A DNA stretch of 64,000 nucleotides from Nemertoderma westbladi (lineage: Eukaryota; Animalia; Xenacoelomorpha). The notes below the pieces were generated by a model. That model saw nothing but the letters and a program-made list of their open reading frames with translations, was not told the DNA's origin and did not search any database. This document shows, one piece after another, positions 51,598 through 63,100 of the stretch (positions are counted from its first letter, which is position 1; each line of letters starts with the position of its first letter). The translations under genes were made by a program, and so were the position numbers. The stretch is taken from contig JAUCBJ010001166.1 in the NCBI GenBank assembly GCA_032718475.1, forward strand, positions 1 to 64,000, in the 5' to 3' direction.

Positions 51598-52315
51598 TTT
51601 ATAAGTCAGCAGACAATACCTAAATACTGCACCTTCAGGAGCAGTTTATAAGTCAGCAAACAATACCTAAATACCGCACCTTCAGGAGCAGTTTATAAGT
51701 CAGCAGACAATACCTAAATACCGCACCTTCAGGAGCAGTTTATAAGTCAGCAGACAATACCTAAATACCGCACCTTCAGGAGCAGTTTATAAGTCAGCAG
51801 ACAATACCTAAATACCGCACCTTCAGGAGCAGTTGTACAATTAGCAGACAATACCTAAATACCGCACCTTCAGGAGCAGTTTATAAGTCAGCAGACAATA
51901 CCTAAATACCGAACCTTCAGGAGCAGTTTATAAGTCAGCAGACTATACCTAAATACCGCACCTTCAGGAGCAGTTTATAAGTCAGCAGACAATACCTAAA
52001 TACTGCACCTTCAGGAGCAGTTTATAGTCAGCAGACAATACCTAAATACCGCATCTTCAGGAGCAGTTTATAAGTCAGCAGACAATACCTAAATACCGCA
52101 CCTTCAGGAGCAGTTTATAAGTCAGCAGACAATACCTAAATACTGCACCTTCAGGAGCAGTATATAAGTCAGCAGACAATACCTAAATACTGCACCTTCA
52201 GGAGCAGTTTATAAGTCAGCAGACAATACCTAAATACCGCACCTTCAGGAGCAGTTTATAAGTCAGCAGACAATACCTAAATACCGCAACTTCAGGAGCA
52301 GTTGTACAATTAGCA
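51598..52315. repeat. Tandem minisatellite, 47-bp unit, about 15 copies
   Basis: Unit TTTATAAGTCAGCAGACAATACCTAAATACCGCACCTTCAGGAGCAG; period 47 (51601, 51648). Confidence 0.97.
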
Positions 52316-52669
52316 GTCAGTGAGTTATTCGAGAAGAATCTTCTTCACATCGCGATGAGTCGATAGAAACTCGGCAACACGGAGGTGGTGGTAAGGACGG
52401 GACAGCAGCGATGACGCGAGAATAAACCGTAACTACGGAGATCATAGGGAAACCCGCGGAACGGGAAAATAGCCAAGACCGAAGATGCGTAACTTATACA
52501 AACACTGAAAAAATTAAGTATGACATGCATATAAAATAGATTAACCTTACTATATTTCCCCCTGCATAATTGACTCGGCATAATCACGCGTCAAATTATA
52601 CATCTCATGGATAGCGGGAATTAAAGTCTTATTTCATTTTCATGTGAATGAGCGAGACGAAGTGTCTGA

Positions 52670-54970
52670 CTAAAATAAATACAATAAATGTTTAACTGAT
52701 TCGATAAACATCGTGACACCAACTGACTCCATCCCTCCACTGGTGCCTTCGTAGTTTTGAGAACAATGATCACTATGGGCAGCTTTGGCTGCTGCACTTG
52801 CTTTTTTGCCGGATGTAGCACACCAATGGCAGTACTTGGAGATGGCTTCACAATCCACCACCTTACCTGTATCCACACTTATGACACTGACAATTCCGGT
52901 TTTGGATTTGTAGCCAAGCTCATGCCAACTACCATCAATACTAACTGCAATATCAGTTTCAATAGGTACCGTTGATGCTGATTCGTTTGCAACCTCAGTT
53001 GATAATGCTGTTGACTCATTTGCAACTTTAGTTGATGATGATTGCTTTGCAGCTTCAATAGTCTCCTCAGCGGCTTCAATTGCTCCCTTTGCAGCGTCAA
53101 TCATATAAGTTTCTGAACAGGTCAGAAGGCTGGGTAGAATGACCTTTTTCTGTATAGTCTGATATTTCCACACTGAACTGGGAAGATCCATTAGAGCCAG
53201 CAATATATCAGCCTGTGATTTCCCAATCCCAATGCAACGCAAACCATATATGGTCCGCACATTTATATCAAAATTCCGATTGTTCTTCATGTCTGCAATC
53301 CTTGGTGATGAATAAAATTAATGCTCGGCATCACATGAATTACAACCAACAACTAATCTCACAGCAAGGTCTTCACTTAGATAGTAATTTAGAGTAATAG
53401 GTGCAAAACAGGTCTTACAAACAGCTGCAGTAGAAATGCCTTATTCTACATGTAGTAAGTGCATATTTATAATAATAAGGTTACTCGATTCTAGTCCAGG
53501 TTTATTTAGAGTTAGAGTTTTCGCTTTGACACGCTATCAGGATTGGGTTTCGAACTTGGACCTTTCTCTTTTGTGAATTGATTCCCACGAAAAATAAACT
53601 TCTTCCGATGGTGACCCATATTACTGATTCTAACACAATAAATAATTATTATAATTAAACAGCTTTATACAGCTGCTAACCACTAAAATAACATATAGGT
53701 AGGCCTAAATGTAGGTAGGTATAAAGGAATACTGTAACTTTACCACAGAAATTTCAGGCTACTAAATGATGACAGAGCATTCACAACATGGCAAAATTGG
53801 GTTTGGAAATTTTCAACTTTAGGGTTAGGCATCTAGGCCTAACCAAGGGTGTTTCTAAACAAAAAAATATCCAAATTTCATGAGTTTACTAATAAATGCT
53901 GCATTGAGCTTATAACCGGTAGAAAATTCGTGATTTCCAAACTGATTTGAGCCCTGTTTGGTACGTACTAAAAGGTAGAACGATCTATAACGGGCTATAA
54001 CGATCTATAACGATCTATAACGGGCTATAACTTCCTATAAACAAGCTATAACCACTTATAACGCGCTATAATATGAAAATTTACATTAAAAAAAACGCCC
54101 CTTGGGTGTGTTTAACTTTTGGTTTTAACACGGTGGTCTGAAAAATACCGCAGGTTAAAAATTAGGGTAGGGCTATCTGCGGATGCCTATGCCTAATTGA
54201 TACTGGTAAGTTTTTCTATTGGCCTATATTGCTCACTATATTCCTGTATTCTATATCGACCAGAATCTGACAGCGGATAGCAGGATGGAGGATAGACAGA
54301 TAGATGGGAGACCTCTCCACTGCTGCACTGTCTGATAGTCAGATAATGCAGTAGTGGCATGCTGACTAATACAGTAATGACTGACTTCGTGATACCACAA
54401 AGATGAAAAGCATTATGGCGACTAAAAAAACAAATTGCGTAATTAAATTACTGACTAGGAAAATAAATCCATTCTAAAATAGGTTTTTTTATTGTAAATT
54501 TTCAGATAATAGCTCGTTATAGGTGGTTATAGCTTGTTATAGGAAGTTATAGCCCGTTATAGATCGTTATATCAACATAAAAACATGACACTTACAGACT
54601 CTAGAGCTTATAAGTTCCAATACCGCTGTGCTCCAACATACAGACTCCTATTTACAGAAATGAGGACTACTGAATAGTGATAAACACTCATTCAAATTTC
54701 CCTCCCATTTCAATACTCATTCTATCGATATCTTTATACAAAAATACAAGGTGCAAGGGCTGCAATCACATTCAACCCAAAAATCATTCATCCGGGTGAA
54801 AATTTCCTTCGCGATACATGAGACAGAAAATATTTGATGTCAGTTTTGATCAACTTCCCTTCGAGATACGGATCTCAAATTTTGACATATCATTTGGGAC
54901 ATAGTAAAGACCCCATAAACGCCAAAAAAATGTTTCGATTTTTTTTGAGATCGACCGCGCACATCTGCCC
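52670..54970 (-). mobile_element. Truncated Kolobok-type ('Mutator-like' DDE) DNA transposon, 5' half
   Basis: Start MGHHRKKFIFRGNQFTK (ATG 53619). VSIDGSWHELG.KS.TG.VSVI...TGKVVD.E.ISKYCHWC...HSDHCSQNYEGTSGGME in 52670-53290. Terminus TTAA|GGGCAGATGTG at 54974-54960. The ORF is broken and truncated after the ME motif. Confidence 0.8.
53980..54572. mobile_element. Foldback-like insert with TIRs built from 10-bp CTATAAC repeats
   Basis: ATAACGATCTATAACGGGCTATAACTTCCTATAA...GAAAATTTACA (~54005-54096) is the reverse complement of 54482-54572. Confidence 0.75.
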
Positions 54971-55740
54971 TTAAGTAGAATCTTATTTTGAATCAACCCA
55001 GCCAACTAAAAAAATACCGATAAATTTTGACATTCTATATTAGCGTATATATGCATACTAACACATATAAGCATTATATACATGCTAAGCAATATACATA
55101 TACATACGTATATGGAGTGCTATATAAGAGATGGATCCATATTAGCATCAAACCCTTGTCACATGCCTGATTTTTATACGTTGCAGTCACCGACTGCATT
55201 GTGAATTCGATTTTTGAAAAATAAATTCGGGCCATCGACCTCCTGATGACGATTAAATTGTCACAAAAGGTCAAACAAAGTGTGAAACAAATGATGTATC
55301 ACATATGGGGCCGGCAATGCATCCTAATAGATAATCAATTTCTGCTGAACATTTATTAACGATGCGCTTCTTAAAGAAAGACACTGGACTTACTGAGTTA
55401 CTTCAATAAACTGGAAATTGAAATTTCTGAGAAATTTCTCTGAGCTCAGTATTCATTCCGGTTAGCATGTTTGATAGCAAGACGTCATGAATTCAAACAC
55501 AATACTGATTTAATAAATCAAAGTAAGTGAATTTTCCACAAAGGAAGCTTGGGGTTGGGCTCCATGGTGGTTCATTTACACCATTGTGTTCATCAGCCTA
55601 TTATTTGGGAATACGTTGCACCTTTTTACCAAATATATCACAAAGATTAAAGATTGATATACTGTTAACCTCATTCCCTATGATGGCATGTTTGCACTCA
55701 ACGGAGAGCTAATCCATGTGATGTACCACAAGTTTTTCGG

Positions 55741-58168
55741 CACACTATGTTGAGTGTACACCAGTGTACACCATGTTAAGTGTACACTATCAGTGTACAC
55801 TATGTTGAGTGTACACTATGTTGAGTGTACAGTATGTTTAGTGTACACGGTGTTGAGTGTACACTATGTTGAGTGTACACTATATTGAGTGTACACCATG
55901 TTGAGAGTACACTATGCTGAGTGTACACCATGTTGGGTGTACACGTTTTTGAGCGTGCGTACACTATGTTGCGTGTACACTATATTGAGTGTATAGCATG
56001 TTGAGTGTACACTATATTGAGTGTATAGCATGTTGAGTGTACACTATGTTGAGTGTGTGTACACTATGTTGAGTGTACATTATGTTGGTTGAGTGTACAC
56101 CATGTCGAGTGTACACAATGTTGAGTGTATACTATGTTGAGTGTACATTATGTTGAGTGTACACCATGTTGAGTGTACACTATGTTGTGTTCACACTATT
56201 GAGTGTACACTATGTTGAGATGTTGATATGTTGAGTGTACACTATGTTGTTGAGTGTACACCATATTGAGTGTACACTATGTTGTTGAATTTACACTGAG
56301 TGTACACCATTTTGAGTGTACACCATGTTGAGTGCACACTATGTTGAGTGTACACTATGTTGAGTGTACATTATGTTGAGTGTACACCATGTTGAGAGAA
56401 CACTATATTGAGTGTACACCATATTGAGTGTACACTATGTTGTGTACACTGTTGCGTGTACACTATGTTGATATGTTCAGTGTACACTATGTTGTTGAGT
56501 GTACACCATGTTGAGTGTACACTATGTTGAGTGTACACTATGTTAAGTGTACACTATGTTGAGTGTACACTATGTTGAGTGTACACCATGTTGAGTGTAC
56601 ACGATTTTGAGCGTGCGTACACTATGTTGCGTGTACACTATGTTGAGTGTACACTATATTGAGTGTACAGCATGTTGAGTGTACACTATGTTGAGTGTGT
56701 GAGTGTATGTACACTATGTTGAGTGTACATTATGTTGGTTGAGTGTACACCATGTTGAGTGTACATTATGTTGAGTGTACACCATGTTGAGAAAACACTA
56801 TGTTGACTGTACACCATATTGAGTGTACACTATGTTGTGTACACTGTTGAGTGTACACTATGTTGAGATGTTGATATGTTGAGTGTACACTATGTTGTTG
56901 AGTGTACACCATATTGAGTGTACACTATGTTGTTGAATGTACACTGAGTGTACACCATGTTGAGTGCACACTATGTTGAGTGTACACTATGTTGAGTGTA
57001 CTTTATGTTTAGTGTACACTATGTTGTATACACTGTTGAGTGTACACTATGTTGAGATGTTGATATGTTCAGTGTACACTATGTTGTTGAGCGTACACCA
57101 TGTTGAGTGTACACTATGTTGAGTGTACACTATGTTAAGTGTACACTATGTTGAGTGTACACTATGTTGAGTGTGCATTATGTTGGTTGAGTGTACACTA
57201 TGTTGTTGAGTGTACACTATGAGTGTACACTAAGTTGAGTGTACACTATGAGTGTACACTATGTTGAATGTACACTATGTTTAGATTTTGAGTGTACACT
57301 ATGTGTTGAATGTACACTATGTTGAGTGTACACTATGTTGAGTGTACACCATGTTGAGTGTACACCATGTTGAGTGCACACCATATGGAGTGTACACTAT
57401 GTTGAGTGTGTGTACGTACACTATGTTGAGGGTACACTATGTTGAGTGTACACTATGTTCAGTGTACACTATGTTCAGTGTACACTATGTTGTTGAGTGT
57501 ACACTATGGAGTGTACACTATGTTGAGTGTACATTATGTTGTTTGTACACTATGATGCGTGTACACCATATTGAGTGTACACTGCTGATTGTACACTATG
57601 TTGTGTTCACACTATGTTAACTGAACGTGAACACCATGTTGATTGTACACTATGTTGTTAAGATGTTGAGATATTGAGTGTACACTATGTTGAGTGTACA
57701 CTATGTTGAGTGTACACTATGTTGAGTGTACATTCTGTTGCAACATATTGTTCACTCACTCAACAAAGTATATACTCAACATAGTGTACACTCAACATCT
57801 CAAAATGATGAGTGTACACTATGTTGACTGTACACCATGTTGAGTGTACACTATGTTAAGTGTACACAATGTTGAGTGTACACTATGTTGTTCAGTGTAC
57901 ACTGGAGTATACACTATGTTGAGTGTACACTATGTTGTTCAATGTACACTGGAGTGTACACTATGTTGAGTGTACACCATGTTGAGTGTACACTATGTTA
58001 AGTGTACACAATGTTGAGTGTACACTATGTTGTTCAGTGTACACTGGAGTGTACACTATGTTGAGTGTACACTATGTTGTTCAGTGTACACTGGAGTGTA
58101 CACTATGTTGAGTGTACACCATGTTGAGTGTACACTATGTTAAGTGTACACTATGTTGGTGTACACTG
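55741..58168. repeat. 2.4-kb tandem satellite, 16-bp unit with palindromic core
   Basis: Unit GAGTGTACACTATGTT containing palindrome AGTGTACACT; about 150 degenerate units; short inverted segment at 57741-57803. Confidence 0.97.
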
Positions 58169-58169
58169 A

Positions 58170-58325
58170 ATGTACGATAATTATTATAGTGAACTAGATA
58201 ACTTGTTACCATGTGAATATCTGTACGATAGTGAAAGTGTTGTTTGTAATATACCACGAAGTAATAGTGATAAGAAACTATTATTGAGGTTATGTCAATC
58301 TACGAGTACACGTATTTTTAATGGG
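58170..58325 (+). mobile_element. Small LINE APE-endonuclease fragment
   Basis: PRSNSDK..LLLRLCQSTSTRIFNG matches the R.S.D...LL.LC....L.I.NG motif of LINE APE domains. Confidence 0.5.
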
Positions 58326-58327
58326 GG

Positions 58328-59025
58328 GGATCGGCATGCTGCATTGCAGCTGCATTTTTAAGAATGCTGTGCCGGCTTGTCAACAAAATTGCACCGCCAC
58401 AACTCCCTATCACCTATGACATTTGCTAGATCATCCGCATCTTTAAGGCCAGTGTCCTTTAAGATGCGTCTCAAGAAAGTCATGGGCTGTCCACCATGCT
58501 TATTCACTCCATGAGGCTGCCAAAGTACAAGATTATGCACTGGCTGGTCCACACGGCGAAAGCAATGTCCTGCAAAGCGGAGGCGTTTTTGTTCTAGTGT
58601 CAAGCTTGGGGGAACCAATGAGACACCTCCAATGTTATATAGTGTCTGGTTGGAGATGTGTGCATTGTCCTTGACACAATGAACCCGGCGTAGCCTTCTT
58701 GTGAATGTGCCATCCAGAGATTTGGTGTCCTCAGCAGTTAGAGCCCAGCATGGACTCCCGTCCACTGCTGCTCTAAATAATCGGACCTTAAGTTTCCGAT
58801 TAATTCTCGGTGACTTCCAAATCCTGGAAAGCCTATTCAAGGCTGCCCATGCCTTTCCCTTACGTATTCGAAGGTCCTCACCTGACTTCCGGATCCATGA
58901 TCCCAGGTAACAGAAGTCGTCCACATGCTCAAGCATACCATCCTTTGAGCTTATTCTCATCCGATCAGAGACTTGCTGAGGACTTTCAAAGTTAACTGTC
59001 AGAATTTTGGTCTTTCTGGAGTTAA
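58328..59025 (-). mobile_element. 5'-truncated RTE LINE copy, near identical to 13904-14618
   Basis: ORF 58358-58960 is almost identical to the C-terminal 200 aa of the 492-aa ORF, with a short in-frame deletion (VPVLLYGSP to VDGSP); (TAG)n tail absent. Confidence 0.95.
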
Positions 59026-59183
59026 TATTTACATTTTTTACATTTTATTTACATAATATTTTTATGTAATTATTATCTGATACATAATTAAATTACGACT
59101 GATGACTTAAAATATTATATTATATATATCATATTATATATCTGCCTATTGTTTGTTCCTGGTGTCTGGTTTTCGACAGGACT

Positions 59184-60101
59184 ATGTCTTCTGCTACCGG
59201 TAATAAAGAGAAAGGCACTAAGAATGATTGGACAAATGAAACAGTATGTTGCACGGAATGTAAACTAATATGGACTGATATTCGCTATGTTAACTCTTCA
59301 AACACCGTCGACTCATTAAAACGAGGAAATTTTCTATGTGGAATGTGCAGCGCCGACCTGATCTCTAAACTTAGCGAAGAAATTGCCCAACTTCGGGGAA
59401 AAACAACCAATATTGAAGATCGATTAAACAACGATGATGAAACTTCGCAGGTGGACCCAGATAGCAATGAACATGAACCGATGGGTACAGGTACATGGGC
59501 TGTTATGGCTTCGCGTCGAGGTAAACGGACAGGGGTTTCAATTCCAGCATCCACGGCCAATATAGCTCATGAAGTCCGGGAGGAAGTCCGCCGTCAATCA
59601 GACCGGAAAGGTAATCTCGTCGTTTCGGGAATGGAATTTCACTCAGGTGCAGGTGGTTCAAACGAGAATGACACGGCTGCAATTATAGAACTGGCGCTCG
59701 ATATCGGAGTAAATCTTTCTCCCGATAATCTTAAAGTAAGACGTATCGGGGGAGACAAGAGAAAGATTCGAGGAACAAAAAATAGTGATTCAAGTCAACC
59801 TACATCCGAGGATACTTCAGCTCCAAAAAAGATAATCGTGACTCTCAGTGCAGAGAAAAGACGCCAGTTACTTCGTGCATCAAAGGATCTGCGTGATTCA
59901 TCGCGTTTTGGCTCAGTGTATATCAACCCAGACTACACTCCGGCCGAAGCGTCAGCTCAATATGAATTACGCGTTCAACTAAGGAAAATGCGCTTAGAGC
60001 AGCCAAACAAACGTTGGGTAATCAGGCGCAACGGAGTGGTTGAGTTAAAAGGAAATACAGACGCGGCTGAGAACCATGATGTTGTGGAACAAGTCGATTG
60101 A
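59184..60101 (+). CDS. LINE ORF1 protein (305 aa): Cys-pair zinc-finger-like, coiled coil, RRM-like
   Basis: CTEC...CGMC, heptad region ISKLSEEIAQLRGK, RKGNLVVSG and VYINPDYTP motifs typical of CR1/L2 ORF1. Confidence 0.88.
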   Translation: MSSATGNKEKGTKNDWTNETVCCTECKLIWTDIRYVNSSNTVDSLKRGNFLCGMCSADLISKLSEEIAQLRGKTTNIEDRLNNDDETSQVDPDSNEHEPMGTGTWAVMASRRGKRTGVSIPASTANIAHEVREEVRRQSDRKGNLVVSGMEFHSGAGGSNENDTAAIIELALDIGVNLSPDNLKVRRIGGDKRKIRGTKNSDSSQPTSEDTSAPKKIIVTLSAEKRRQLLRASKDLRDSSRFGSVYINPDYTPAEASAQYELRVQLRKMRLEQPNKRWVIRRNGVVELKGNTDAAENHDVVEQVD

Positions 60102-63100
60102 CTACCATCTGCAGCAAACATCGATACAGTCATAAATGCAAGTAGTCCGCCAATAATAAGTAAACAAACTCACACCCCGATGCATAAACTGCTGAGTGTT
60201 TCCGCTAGATTGCGAACTGTTAACATGCCTTCTCCGGTTAACCCGCTGGTCTCTGTGTCTTCTTCGGGTAACCGGCTGGTCTCTGTATCTGCTCCAGTTA
60301 ACCCGCTGGTCTCTGTGTCTGCTCCAGTTAACCCGCTGGTCACTGTGTCTGCTCAAGTTAACCCGCTGGTCTCTGTGTCTGCTCCAGTTAATCCGCTGGT
60401 CTCTGTGTCTGCTCCAGTTAACCCGCTGGTCTCTGTGTCTGCTCAAGTTAACCCGCTGGTCTCTGTGTCTGCTCCAGTTAACCCGCTGGTCTCTGTGTCT
60501 GCTCCAGTTAACCCGCTGGTCTTTGTGTCTGCTCCAGTTAACCCGCTGGTCTCTGGGTCTGCTCCAGTTAACCCGCTGGTCTTTGTGTCTGCTCCAGTTA
60601 ATCCGCTGGTCACTGTGTCTGCTCCAGTTAACCCGCTGGTCTTTGTGTCTGCTCCAGTTAACCCGCTGGTCTCTGTGTCTGCTCCAGTTAACCTGCTGGT
60701 CTCTGTGTCTGCTCCAGTTAACCCGCTGGTCACTGTGTCTGCTCCAGTTAACCCGCTGGTCTCTGTGTCTGCTCCAGTTAACCCGCTGGTCTATGTGTCT
60801 GCTCCAGTTAACCCGCTGGTCTCTGTGTCTGCTCCAGTTAACCCGCTGATCTCTATGTCTGCTCCAATTAAACCGCTGGTCTTTGTGTCTGCTCCAGTTA
60901 ACCCGCTGGTCTCTGTGTCTGCTCCAGTTAACCCGCTGGTCTCTGTGTCTGCTCCAGTTAAACCACTGGTCACTGTGTCTGCTCCAGTTAACCCACTGGT
61001 CTCTGTGTCTGCTCCAGTTAAACCGCTGGTCACTGTGTCTGCTCCAGTTAACCCGCTGGTCTCTGTGTCTGCTCCAGTTAACCCGCTGGTCTCTGTGTCT
61101 GCTTCAGTTAACCCGCTGGTCTCTGTGTCTGCTCCAGTTAACCCGCTGGTCTCTGTGTCTGCTCCTGTGAATACACTGGTTTCTGCAGCTGCGTCTGAAA
61201 CAGTCTCAGCTACTGTGCCTCCCAGTGCACCTGTCACGAAGGACTTAATCAATATATGCGTATTAAATGCTCAATCTGTCAACAACAAGGCAGCTTTTAT
61301 TAAGGACTATATGGTGGACAACAAGATTGATATTATGGCAATAACAGAATCGTGGTTAAAAGGAACTGCAGATGACAATAAGGTGGTTGGTGAAATATGT
61401 CCCAGGGGTTACACACTACGAGACGAGCCAAGAACCCGATCTAGGGGTGGAGGCGTGGCCTGCATATATAGATTATGTCTGAAATTGAAACGCTGTCCGT
61501 GTGATCTAGTATACGCCAGCTTTGAGTACATTGAGTTCACAATGACACACAGTTACACACTTACTCGGATCATCATCTTATATCGTACATATCCCTCCCA
61601 TGAAAATGGGCTTACAGCTAATTTATTCTTTGAACAATTTGCTGACTTCATGCAACATACAATTACAAAACCGGGAGTAATTGCTATTGTTGGGGATTTT
61701 AATTTCCATGTTGACGTTTCGTCTGATATGGACGCTATAGAATTTAATAATATCCTTAGTTGTTTTGGTCTAGTTCAGTTAGTTAACGGGCCGACCCATA
61801 GACACGGCCATACGTTGGATTTAGTAGTTACACATAATGATGAGTCTCACATGTACAAGAATGTGTATGCTCGGGACATTGGCCTGTCCGACCACTACGC
61901 AGTTCATTTCAATCTGAATCTTTCGAAGCCTGTGGTGACCACAGAATCTTTCACATATAGAAATATTAAAAATATCAAGTTAGATGATTTCACAAATGAT
62001 TTGCGCAATTCTTTGTGTTGCCAGCCACAATATAGTAACAATATTGACGATGTTGTGCAACTATATAATGATACCCTTACAACCATCATGGATATACATG
62101 CCCCGGAGAAATGTAAGACTGTACGTACAGAAATCAAGGCTGCCTGGTATAGTGAGGACATAGCTAAGGAAAAGAGGAAGCGCCGGCGGTTGGAACGGAA
62201 ATACCATAAAACTAGACTTACAGTGGATTGTATTGCTTTTAGAACTCAGTGCAAAGTGGTTTCAGATGCTATTGTTTTTGCAAAGGAATCCTACTATGGG
62301 GATATAATTAGAAATAATTCAGGTAACCAAAAGATGCTATATTCTGTAATCAATAAACTATTATATCGCAAGAAGAATTGTCTACCGGAACGAGAATCTG
62401 ATGAGGAGTTAGCTAACGTATTCGGAGATTATTTCGACAAAAAGATTGAAGGTATACGGAGAGATATATTACACCCTCAACAAGGCTCTCGGCCATTGAT
62501 TGGGCCCACTGTTCTGACCGAAGTAAACGCCCAATCGATTGGGCCGGTTGCTCATACGGAAACAATTCCTATACTAGTTCGTCCGACATTGGCGGGAATG
62601 GCGACACCGACGGAAACGAAATCTCACCCTATTGGACTGGGTGACCCGGCGGCTTTTAACACCCCAACGGTTACGGATCAAGGATTTAGCTCTTTCCGTG
62701 AAATTTCCACTGAGGAGACGAAGGAACTTATAAATAACTCGAAATCTAAAACGAGTCCGCGCGACCCGATGCCGACGAGCTTGGTCAAGCTGTCCATCAA
62801 TCTGCTGCTGCCTCTTATTACCTGTATTATTAATATGTCATTGTCTATGGGTACAGTTCCATCTCTGTTTAAGGAGGCAGTGTTAACACCAGTCCTTAAG
62901 AAGATAAAATTGGACCCAGAAATTCTTAAAAACTTCAGGCCGGTCTCCAACTTGCTTTACATTTCGAAATTAATAGAAAAGGTCGTCGCAAACCAGCTGA
63001 TTCAATATATGAATATTCACAACCTACATGAGCCGATGCAAAGCGCATACAGGCACCACCACGGAACAGAAACAGCACTTCTTTCAGTAAATGATTCTAT

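Noticed and set aside
50440-51600. Penelope-like remnant (IINLTTSSL, KQPNL on minus strand)
   Set aside because: Too degraded to support from motifs alone.
51598-52315. 47-bp array as CRISPR or coding repeat
   Set aside because: No spacers; the unit is not a multiple of 3 and contains stops.
57342-57620. 92-aa ORF in the 16-bp satellite
   Set aside because: Chance open frame in a non-triplet repeat.
60102-61252. ORFs (LCLLQLTRWS)n, (GLTGADTETS)n and (WSRHRDQRVN)n in the ORF track
   Set aside because: Alternative-frame by-products of the 30-bp repeat; only the VNPLVSVSAP frame is continuous with APE/RT.
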